From: Nemertoderma westbladi
Lineage: Eukaryota > Animalia > Xenacoelomorpha
Direction: 5' to 3'
Assembly: GCA_032718475.1 (NCBI GenBank)
Contig: JAUCBJ010009144.1
Span: forward strand, 1-64,000
DNA: 64,000 bases
This document shows, piece after piece, positions 39,101 to 49,800 of this stretch. Each line of letters begins with the position of its first letter. Positions within the stretch are counted from its first letter, which is position 1. Both the position numbers and the translations under genes were made by a program. The notes beneath the pieces are model-generated. The model had not been told where the DNA came from. It was given only the letters and a program-made list of their open reading frames with translations, and searched no databases.

Positions 39101-41698
39101 GCTACTCCTCTCTGCTACCCGAAGGTAGGGGTGTGCGCTACACCTATCGGCTACCCGAAGGTAGGGGTGGGTGCTACTCCTATCTGCTACCCGAAGGTAG
39201 GGGTGGGCACTACTCCTATCTGCTACCCGAAGGTAGGGGTGGGCATTACTCCTATCTGCTACCCGAAGGTAGGGGTGGGCACTACTCCTATCTGCTACCC
39301 GAAGGTAGGGGTGGGCGCTACTCCTATCTGCTACCCGAAGGTAGGGGTGGGCACTACTCCTATCTGCTACCCGAAGGTAGGGGTGGGCACTACTCCTATC
39401 TGCTACCCGAAGGTAGGGGTGGGCGCTACTCCTATCTGCTACCCGAAGGTAGGGGTGGGCACTACTCCTATCTGCTACCCGAAGGTAGGGGTGGGCACTA
39501 CTCCTATCTGCTACCCGAAGGTAGGGGTGGGCGCTACTCCTCTCTGCTACCCGAAGGTAGGGGTGTGCGCTACACCTATCGGCTACCCGAAGGTAGGGGT
39601 GGACGCTACTCCTCTCTGCTACCCGAAGGTAGGGGTGTGCACTACACCTATCTGCTACCCGTAGGAAGTGGTGGGGGCTACTCCTAGCTGCTACCCGAGG
39701 GTAGGGGTGGGCGCTATTCATATCTGCTACCCGAAGGTAGTAGGGGTGGGCGCTACTCCTATCTGCTACCCGAAGGTAGGGGCGGTCGCTACTCCTATCT
39801 GCTACCCGAAGGTAGTGGGGGTGGGCGCTACTCCTATCTGCTACCCGAAGGTAGTGGTGGTAGGCGCTACTCCTATCTGCTACCCGAAGGTAGGGGTGGG
39901 CGCTACTCCTATCTGCTACCCGAAAGTAGGGGTGGGTGCTACTCCTATCTGCTACCCGAAGGTAGGGGTGGGCGCTACTCCTATCTGCTACCCGAAAGTA
40001 GGGGTGGGTGCTACTCCTATCTGCTACCCGAAGGTAGGGGTGGGCGCTACTCCTATCTGCTACCCGAAAGTAGGGGTGGGTGCTACTCCTATCTGCTACC
40101 CGAAGGTAGGGGTGGGCGCTACTCCTATCTGCTACCCGAAGGTAGGGTTGGGTGCTACTCCTATCTGCTACCCGAAGGTAGGGGTGGGCGCTACTCCTAT
40201 CGGCTTCCCGAAGGTGGGGGTGGGCGCTACTCCTCTCTGTTACCCGAAGGTAGGGGTGGGCGCTACTCCTATCGGCTTCCCGAAGGTGGGGGTGGGCGCT
40301 ACTCCTATCGGCTTCCCGAAGGTAGTGGGGGTGGGCGCTACTCCTATCTGCTACCCGAAGGTAGTGGTGGTAGGCGCTACTCCTATCTGCTACCCGAAGG
40401 TAGGGGTGGGCGCTACTCCTATCTGCTACCCGAAAGTAGGGGTGGGTGCTACTCCTATCTGCTACCCGAAGGTAGTGGTGGTAGGCGCTACTCCTATCTG
40501 CTACCCGAAGGTAGGGGTGGGCGCTACTCCTATCTGCTACCCGAAAGTAGGGGTGGGTGCTACTCCTATCTGCTACCCGAAGGTAGGGGTGGGCGCTACT
40601 CCTATCTGCTACCCGAAAGTAGGGGTGGGTGCTACTCCTATCTGCTACCCGAAGGTAGGGGTGGGCGCTACTCCTATCTGCTACCCGAAAGTAGGGGTGG
40701 GTGCTACTCCTATCTGCTACCCGAAGGTAGGGGTGGGCGCTACTCCTATCTGCTACCCGAAGGTAGGGTTGGGTGCTACTCCTATCTGCTACCCGAAGGT
40801 AGGGGTGGGCGCTACTCCTATCGGCTTCCCGAAGGTGGGGGTGGGCGCTACTCCTCTCTGTTACCCGAAGGTAGGGGTGGGCGCTACTCCTATCGGCTTC
40901 CCGAAGGTGGGGGTGGGCGCTACTCCTATCGGCTTCCCGAAGGTAGGGGTGGGCGCTACTCGATCCCAAGTTTTGCTTCCAGTAATTCAACTGGTCCTCA
41001 TTTTATTGATCCCAGTGGATGAAAGACTGAGGGGATCCTGGCGGGGCTGAACCTATAACCAATAGATTATAAGCCCGGCGCTCAACCAACTGAAAAATAC
41101 AATACGAGACTTTTCATAGAGTCAAGAACTGTATTCGTATAAAGTGCAAGATTACTATATGCTATGTACTATTATATTTCAGATAGCCATTGAAATGAAA
41201 GTAAGTGGTTGTTGAGCAGTACCGGGTGTACCGGTAACGGCCTAACACATTTTCTGTCTCATATGAAAGCTACTGGATTCTCATCCACCTTAAATACAAT
41301 TACCACCCGCCGTATAATGTCAACATCCGTATTCTACATTATTGGCATCCTCTACTACCTACGGAGTTAAATTATATTTCCAATTTCGCATAAACGTTTT
41401 ACAAGATTAATTATGAAATATTTATTGTAAACATAAACCCTATATTTCATATATATGTATTTGTAATTACTACCAGTATATCTTTATTCTCATCGAGTAA
41501 ATATTATATTCTCAGACTTTGGATCAGGAAGGTACGGGATGTATCACAATAGAAGATATAACCAAAGCGATAACAGAAGAAGGTGAACCCTTTACCCAGG
41601 ATGAACTGGAAGAGATGTTAAGTGCTTGTGTTGATCCCGAGACTGGAACTATTAACTATAAGGAGTACGCCATGATGTTAGCAGTGGACGAGACGTAA
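36103..41698 (+). CDS. EFCAB2: EF-hand calcium-binding domain protein 2 / dynein regulatory complex subunit 8, 188 aa, exons 36103-36210, 36476-36576, 37700-37874, 41516-41698
   Basis: The spliced translation AFDIFDHEANGTVDVREIGTIVRSLNCCPTEGELHDLIAEVEEEEPTGYIR...TEEGEPFTQDELEEMLSA matches the DRC8/EFCAB2 sequence as I recall it. Introns are GT-AG with phases 0,2,0. Exon 3 boundaries have in-frame alternatives. Confidence 0.9.
36652..37733 (+). repeat. 54-bp tandem repeat (20 copies) spanning the EFCAB2 intron 2/exon 3 acceptor
   Basis: Unit TCAGTTTGTTTGTCTAG|GTCATTGAACTGCTGCCCTACTGAAGGATAACTTCTA. The last copy is the real exon start. Confidence 0.95.
37860..38150 (+). repeat. Degenerate 18-bp tandem repeat spanning the EFCAB2 exon 3 donor
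   Basis: Unit GGGAAAGYGTTACAG|GTA, translating as GKxLQV, ~15 copies. Confidence 0.85.
38337..41093 (-). mobile_element. tRNA-derived SINE with internal minisatellite expansion (EFCAB2 intron 3)
   Basis: Minus strand: tRNA-like head TCAGTTGGTTGAGCG...AGGTTCAGCCCC, body CTCAGTCTTTCATCCACTGGGATCAATAAAATGAGGACC, then the 30-bp array, then tail GCTATTGAGAGAGAAGCCTTCGGGTCGCCCC. Confidence 0.55.
38370..40961. repeat. 30-bp minisatellite, ~85 copies with 33-bp variants and higher-order blocks
   Basis: Unit CTATCTGCTACCCGAAGGTAGGGGTGGGCGCTACTC-like. It produces the spurious 860/460/373-aa ORFs. Confidence 0.97.
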
Positions 41699-42244
41699 CC
41701 CACCATACCTCGTTATCTATCGAACTGAGTATTGGACTCTTGTTTTTTCCTGTTCTACTGTATTGTACAAATGTTTATACAATACATTTGCTATTGTATT
41801 ATTACCAGTTGATACAGTTATATTTATTATGATGGAATTATTTTTGTACAACATGAATGAGTGAATAAGCTGAAACCAGAGGCAGGTGATTGGAAGGTTT
41901 CTATCAGTCAGTAATTAGCTAACATCAACGGCATTTCATTGGTTGGTTTTTATCTGTTTAGTAATTAGCTGACAGCTCCTCGATACTGTAGGTTTCTACA
42001 TATCTGTTAAGTAATTAGCTGACAATTACCTCGGTAGGTTTTGTATGCAGTAGTAACTACTGTGGTTTCTCGAGCACCTAAGGTTACATTTATTATGTAC
42101 CTCCTATAGCTAGCTATACTGCATTACAACATTACTATCATACTGTAGAATGGATCCCAAATGAGACATGTAGGATCTAAGTTCGCTAGGATTTAAGTTC
42201 TCCGGATCTGGAATAGATCGGTATATGCCAGTAATATCCATATG

Positions 42245-43240
42245 TTGGTATAGGCCTGTATGAGTGTATGTCGGTGTAGCTTGGTATAGGTTGGTATATA
42301 TATCTTTATTAAGTTGGTATAGGCCTGTATGAGTGTATGTCGGTGTAGCTTGGTATAGGTTGGTATATATATCTTTATTAAGTTGGTATAGGCCTGTATG
42401 AGTGTATGTCGGTGTAGCTTGGTATAGGTTGGTATATATATCTTTATTAAGTTGGTATAGGCCTGTATGAGTGTATGTCGGTGTAGCTTGGTATAGGTTG
42501 GTATATATATCTTTATTAAGTTGGTATAGGCCTGTATGAGTGTATGTCGGTGTAGCTTGGTATAGGTCGGTATATATATCTTTATTAAGTTGGTATAGGC
42601 CTGTAGGAGTGTATGTCGGTGTAGCTTGGTATAGGTCGGTATATATATCTTTATTAAGTTGGTATAGGCCTGTATGATTGTATGTCGGTGTAGCTTGGTA
42701 TAGGTTGGTATATATATCTTTATTAAGTTGGTATAGGCCTGTATGAGTGTCTGTCGGTGTAGCTTGGTATAGGTCGGTATATATATCTTTATTAAGTTGG
42801 TATAGGCCTGTAGGAGTGTATGTCGGTGTAGCTTGGTATAGGTCGGTATATATATCTTTATTAAGTTGGCATAGGCCTGTAGGAGTGTATATCGGTGTAG
42901 CTTGGTATAGGTTGGTATATATATCTTTATTAAGTTGGTATAGGCCTGTATGATTGTATGTCGGTGTAGCTTGGTATAGGTTGGTATATATATCTTTATT
43001 AAGTTGGTATAGGCCTGCATGATTGTATGTCGGTGTACCTTGGTATAGGTTGGTATATATATCTTTATTAAGTTGGTATAGGCCTGTATGAGTGTATGTC
43101 GGTGTAGCTTGGTATAGGTTGGTATATATATCTTTATTAAGTTGGTATAGGCCTGTATGAGTGTATGTCGGTGTAGCTTGGTATAGGTCGGTATATATAT
43201 CTTTATTAAGTTGGTATAGGCCTGTATGAGTGTATGTCGG
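42245..43240. repeat. 69-bp tandem repeat, ~14.5 copies
   Basis: Unit TGGTATAGGCCTGTATGAGTGTATGTCGGTGTAGCTTGGTATAGGTTGGTATATATATCTTTATTAAGT. It abuts the 5' LTR. Confidence 0.97.
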
Positions 43241-43777
43241 TGTTAGCTTATTCAATCCCGCCAACACCCCATAAAGTTATTAGCCGATAAGCAATATTGG
43301 GAGCCGCGAGATTGGGTAATTAACCAACTCGCGCCATCCCAATAAGAATGGGAAGGAAGCACACAATAGAGGGTCAGGGGCCAAACCCCTAACCCAGAGA
43401 GAACAGGTGGAGTGAACGGGAATACTCCACGGGGCGCCAACAAGGGTATTAACCAATCAGAGGGGGGAATGGCATCGATTGAGTAGCAGTAAGGCCACCG
43501 TGCAATATAACCAATAACCTATTAATCAGTGATTCAGTTATCTCAGTGCAGCAGTGCTAGCGTAGGGTACAGCCAATTAGTTTAGTTAGGGGATCACGGG
43601 ACTTTAGTTACCGTATCCCGCCTTGTACACATTCACAACATATCTATATCTTATAACCTCCTATTATACACCGAACTTCAGAACTCAATTATCTTTACTT
43701 CACCCTTACACACGGCGGGGACGCGTGGACTAAATACCACACCGGATAAATCGGGATCCCTCCTGGATCCCGTCACA
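43241..43777 (+). repeat. 5' LTR of element 2
   Basis: TGTTAGC...GTCACA, 537 bp, matches 56909-57445. TATA-like AATATAA at ~43504 and TCAGT Inr-like motifs at ~43526-43547. Confidence 0.97.
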
Positions 43778-43856
43778 GTAACTAAAACCGAGCTGCCGCC
43801 CTAGTTAAACTCAAAGAACTCCACCCTAGCTAGTCGAACTCCACCGAGCAGACGAG

Positions 43857-46800
43857 ATGAGTGAATCGGGCGAGACACCGCGGACCCCGGACGAAGATCA
43901 AACGATCCGCGAGGCCGCGACCAGGCGGTATAGGCCCACGACGCCGGAGCCATCGGTAACGGGCGACCCGGAAGTCCAAGACGAGGGGGACCGTCTGGAA
44001 TCAGAACCCGAGTTGAGAGGAGAGGGACTCGAGCCGGAGGATAAAGAGAGCGAGATGGAGGGAGATGGAGGCGAGTCGACACGAGAGGGAGAACGGCGCG
44101 CCGATGTCGCCGGCCAGCTACCGGCCGAGGGCGACGGGCGGCCCACCGAAACGGCGACGGTGGGGCCGACGGTGCGACGCCGGACGCGAAGAGACGGAGG
44201 AGAGATCGGTACCGATGTCGCCGGCCAGCTACAGGCCGAGGGCGACGGACGGCCCACCGGAACGGCGACGGTGGAGCCGCCGGTACGACGTCGAACCCGG
44301 AGGGACGGAGGAGAGGTCGGCGACGAGGACGTCGGGGTTTCTGAGCGACTTCGACGGGCCTACAACGCGACCCGGAAGCTGATAAACGACGCCAAGAAGG
44401 AAGGGGCGAAGGTAGACGAGGTGAGACTGAGAAAGCGACTAGGTGAGTCGGATAAACACTTAAATTACCTAATACGTTTTGAGCAGAGAAAACTGGCCGG
44501 GGAGAGAGCAAAAAGGATAGCCGGCGAACTGTTTGAACTATGGGAGTGTGGGAGTATGGGACCTAGCGTAGCGCCAGTGTACATAGGGCCATACTTGGTC
44601 GATGCCCGGGGAGTGAAACCAGTGGGTTGGAAGGGACCTGAGGAGGGCGAATCCGAGGCTAACACCGAGGATTCGGCCTCGTCGCTCGGAGAAAGCTCCG
44701 AAAAGGGGGAGAAAGCTAGTAGGTCGGGAAGGCGGGGGAAGTCCGTCGTAACCGATAAGTCTGCTACATCCTCCGCGAAAGAAAGAGCGGTGAGAAAAAT
44801 AGGGGCCACATACCGTCTCAGCATGGCAGAGCAAGGTCAGAGAGAAATGAAGGAACGGCTAGAGGAGGGAAGAGTGCGGTTAGAGAGGGAAACGGTATTG
44901 CTTAGAGAAACCGGAGAAAGGGCCGAAAGGGCTTTGAAAAGCCTAAGGGAGTATGATGAGATAGAGGAAAGGGAGTGTAGGGAGCGTGAAGCGAGAGAGG
45001 AAAAGGAACGCGAGGAGCGTGAAGCGAGAGAGGAAAAGGAACGCGAGGAGCGTGAGGCGAGAATGGAAAAGGAACGCAAGGAGCGTGAGGCGGAACGCAA
45101 GGAGCGTGAGGCGGGAATGGAAAAGGAACGCAAGGAGCGTGAGGCGGGAAAGGAAAAGGAACGCAAGGAGCGTGAGGCGAGAAAGGAAGAGGAACGTAAA
45201 GAGCGTGGGGCGAGACGAAGGGAGAGCATTAAGAGTGCCGCAGACTCGGCCATCAAGGACACCCAGGAGCGTGAGGGGATAGTGGCAAAGGGTGAAAGGG
45301 AGCGTAGGGAATTAAAGGAACGGCAGAGTGAGTATGCGAAAAGTATAATTAGAGGGACGCACGAGTTAGAATACGTGCAAGTGGGACCGCCATCTGAAAG
45401 AGGGGCCGGTTCGAGTATTTTTGAGGAGCCGAGGGCCGTAGACGTATTTGTTAATACTCCACTGACAGGGACCGCACGACAGACTCAAGACTGGTGCGAC
45501 CGTACGAGCGGGGGGGGTAATAATAATAATAATGGTACAGTAGACGTTGTTGATATTAATAGTACCGTATGGGATAACGCTAATCAAACCTTTATTACAG
45601 GAAATACTTTGCCTGGTGATAGTAATTTAAATTCAAATCAGAACAATCCCAGTGTTAATGTAGAAAATAATCCTAATATTGATGTAGTTACGCAAAATAA
45701 TTCAAATAATCAAAATAATAACTCGAATTCGGACCTACAAAATAACTTAAATAACGCAATTACACAGAATAATTCGAATAATTCAAATAATGATCTTAGC
45801 CCGAATTTACAAAATAATTCAGATAACGTAGTCGCGCAGAATAATACAAATGATTTTGTTTCAAATGAGCAAATTAATTCCGTCTCCAATATGGGTGCTA
45901 TTAGTGTAGACACGTCGGGCCTACGTAACCAGGGAGCAGAGGGCCTGGTAGGCCACGTAGTTAGTAGACAGGGAGCAGAGGGCCTGGTAGGCCGCGTAGT
46001 TGGTAGGCAGGGAGTAGAGGGCCTGGAAGGCCACGCAATAGCAGAGGGAGAGGCGGGGGTGAACAGACCCGACCGTGGTAGGGTTGATGTGTCGACTAGA
46101 GAGGTATATAATAGTGGGGAGAGAGGTAGCGAAGTTAGATGTAGCGAGTGGGGGGGGGGCTACGAGCACCCCACAACAGAAAGTTAGCGGCGAGAGGGGG
46201 GGGGGCAGAGAGTGTCCCACAGCCGTCAGCGGACAATGCGAGGGCCGAACAAGGTAAACCGCAACAACCGGTGACGGAGAGTAATAGGGGGACTGCGAGT
46301 ATCCCCGGCGACGTGCGATCGAGCAGAAAAGGACAGGTTGACGTCGCGGGAGGGCAGACGGAGCGTCGAGCCCGATCAGAGGAGGAAAGAAGAACAGTGG
46401 GGTTTAACCGGGAGGTCGACGAGAGATCTCGTGAGCGGGAATATTCCACTGATAGGAGAAGAGAGGAGGACAGTAGTAGAAGTATCGCCGCAAACGATAG
46501 AAGAGCGAGGACGGACAGCGAGCCGTCGGTAGTCGAGATGAGAACGGAGAGTCAATGGGGTCGGACTCCGGGAGATTGCCGTCGCCCCGGAGGGATGCGA
46601 TCCGGTGAGACGCATTACACGCCGAGAGAGGGGTACGCGATGTACCGGTACGAAGATGAAAACAGTGGAGAGGGGGGTCGAAGAGAAACTTTCCGACGGA
46701 ATATACCTACCGATCGAGAATATGGTAGCCGCGGGGAGGATTATTCGAGAAGAATGAACTTCGATCCCGAGCAACACATGCAGACTGTAGGGCATACTGT

Positions 46801-49800
46801 AGGTCTTACTGCACATACTGTAGGCCATACTGAGAGAGGCAATGTGGGCGATAGGATAGCGCGGACAACGGGATTAAACCCGGAAGTCGCGGAATACATA
46901 CCGGCGGGTAGGCCAGAAGCTGATAGGCCTATACCGGTACCAGCACAGCAGTATGACTACAGCATGCAGGGACATAACATATACCCAGGGGAGGGGGGAA
47001 TTATTGCGGATAGGTGTATGGGCCCCAACATATTAACATCAACCCCAGTACCAGACATACCGGTGGGGGGGGGGACAGGGTGACATTCCCCCATCACAAT
47101 ATCAACAATATACCCCGACAGGAACAAGAACAACGAGACCCCTAGATGAAAACAGGTCGTGTGATACAGACATATGGAGGGGGCCGCTACCCCCGATGAC
47201 ATATCCGAGTCAGAGAAGATCAAGAAGTAGGACGGACGAACCGCACCAGACAAGGGAAACTATACAGCACCCGTCGAATCCATTAGAAGCGCAGGCAATG
47301 GGGATGGCCACGTTGATCGATGCGTTGAAAACGAGGATCGAATTACCACCCGTGGAACCGTTCAAATTCGATGGGAGCAGGCCGGAAGAATACTTACAGT
47401 TTCGGCGAATGTATAGTAACGAAATACTAACAAAAAACTTGACGCAGGCGGAGTGCCTAAAGTATCTACAAGTGTACACGGGAGGCCCAGCATACGACAT
47501 CGTGAGGCAATACCAAGGAATAGAGGGCGGCTTCACGACAGCATGGCGGGCACTGGATAGGGAATACGGGCACCCGGCCAAGATCATCAGGCAAACGCTG
47601 AGAGGCATAACATCGGGTGGCCTACAGGATAATCCCGTTAGCATTAAGACGTTTGCTAACAAAGTCGAGAAGGCGCTGATCGTGCTGAAGACGCTAGACG
47701 CGCCATACGAGCTCAACGCGTCCAATAACATCACCACGATAGCGCAGGCACTACCGAGCTGGCTGCGCAACAAATGGAGGAAGGTCGCTTTCTCCACCCG
47801 AGACAAGAAGGGTGCGGAACCAGGTTTAGAAGAAATGTCAAACTTCTTAAATTACGAGGCTGAACTAATAACGGACCCAGTCTATAGTGAAGATAGCCTG
47901 GGAAAGGGACCAAAGACAGATCACTACAGGCCCAAACCAGAGCACAATACATCGAACGCGTTACCGAGACTCAGGCAATCATTGCCATATGCAGCGACGC
48001 AGGGGACTGCAAGTCCACAGACAAGCGAAGATAGGACAACATCAAGGGACGGACAGGGGAACAATAACAACATGAATAAACATAACCCCAGTACGTCCAG
48101 TAGGTCAAACCCAGTCAATAAGAATAGTAGGGACTTTGGTACGAATATAACTGCGATACGCAATGCATTGTATAAAGAGGGCTATGACCCAAAGAGCAAA
48201 TGCCAGTTACACGCAAATGCGCTTCATAAAACCATGAACTGCAGGTACTGGCAGGCGCTACCGAGGCAAGACCAGATAGATTACGCGTCGAGCAATAAAA
48301 TCTGCTCGCGATGTGTGAAGAGTGGACACAAGGCCAGGGAATGCCAAGAGAAACCGGTCAAGTTTGGCCAAAGGAGAGGCCAGACGATGGCAACGAGCAC
48401 AGTAGGGGCGAAGAAGAGAGGAACAGTGCTACTTGGAGTAGTACCAGTACGAGTGATCGGGGAAGGCAATCGATCAGTAACAACACTAATGCTGGTTGAT
48501 AGTGGAGCTGCCTTCACATTAGTTGAGGAATGGGTAGCCGAAGAAATAGGGTTGAGAACGAGGCCAAGCAGGATGGCGGTGACAACCATCTCTAGCAAAG
48601 ACGAGATCCTAGAGATGAGGACAGGACGGTGCGCAATTGCAGCAGTGGCACCAGGATGCGATTATGGGGCAACCATCGACCCCATCCAAGTAATAGAGTC
48701 AATTAACATCAATGCCAGGCGGCCAACCAACATCGAGGTCGAGCAATACAAATTCCTGGACAACATTGACTTCTCAATCCCAGACGTGGACGTTAGGAAG
48801 GTATCCATCATAGTAGGCATGGACTGCCCAACGGCCCACGAGAGAATGCAGACGGTCTTCGGCGAAGACAAGCAGAGCGACCCGGTGGCCATATTAACGC
48901 CATTCGGGTGGACGCTGAGTGGTCCAATTAAGAGCAAGATACCATTCAGGATGTCGGAGACATCAGGATGCATGTTCGCGGGAACAATGCAGGAAATGGG
49001 TGACGAGGGAGCAGAGGAGCAGCTTAAAAGACTGCTCAGGCAGGACTTCGAGGGACTGAAAGAGACCGGAGTCGGGACCTCGGTAGAAGACAAGCAGGCT
49101 TTACAAAGTGTGGAGGAAACGATGACGTGTGATGAGGGGCGGTATACAATAGGAATGGTGTGGAAACTACCGAAGATACCGCTACCCGATAATAGAGGGA
49201 TGGTACTCACGAGACTCCGCAAGCTGAAACAAACACTACAACGGAGCCCCGAGAAGAACGAGTACATTCACAAAACCATTAAGAAGTACGTCGAGAAAGG
49301 ATGGGCCGTGGAGTTACCGGTTGACGAACCGAACACGGACAGGACATACTACCTGCCACTCCACGTAGCTTTAGACCCAAAGAAAGGTAAACTTAGGATG
49401 GTAGTCGATGCATCGGCAAAGACCGACGGAAAGTGCTTAAACGATTACCTACTAGAGGGCCCAAACATATACAATTCGGGCATAGAAGTACTACTTAGAT
49501 TTAGGAATGGGAAACACGCCTTCACGTGTGACATAGAAGGCATGTTCAACCAAGTCCGAGTAACAGAGGAAGATAGCGATAGTCAACGCTTCTTATGGTA
49601 TAACGGCGAAGAAGAACCGCCTATAATACCGGCATATAAGATGGTAGTACAAAACATGGGGGCCAAGTCGTCCTCATTTACGACGACTATGGCAGTGAGA
49701 GACACGGTAAAGGGGAAGGAGGATAGATATAGCAGTAGGGCCGTCGACATGATCAGACGCGGTTTCTACGTAGACGACGGCATGGAGTCTGGAAATACGG

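Noticed and set aside
38408-41050. 860-, 460-, 373- and 244-aa repetitive ORFs
   Set aside because: They are translations of a 30-bp minisatellite, open on both strands, inside EFCAB2 intron 3.
36652-43240. Possible CRISPR-like arrays
   Set aside because: The units are contiguous with no unique spacers, there are no cas genes, and the context is eukaryotic.
42110-43267. 385- and 275-aa ORFs
   Set aside because: They are translations of the 69-bp tandem repeat and show no other coding signal.
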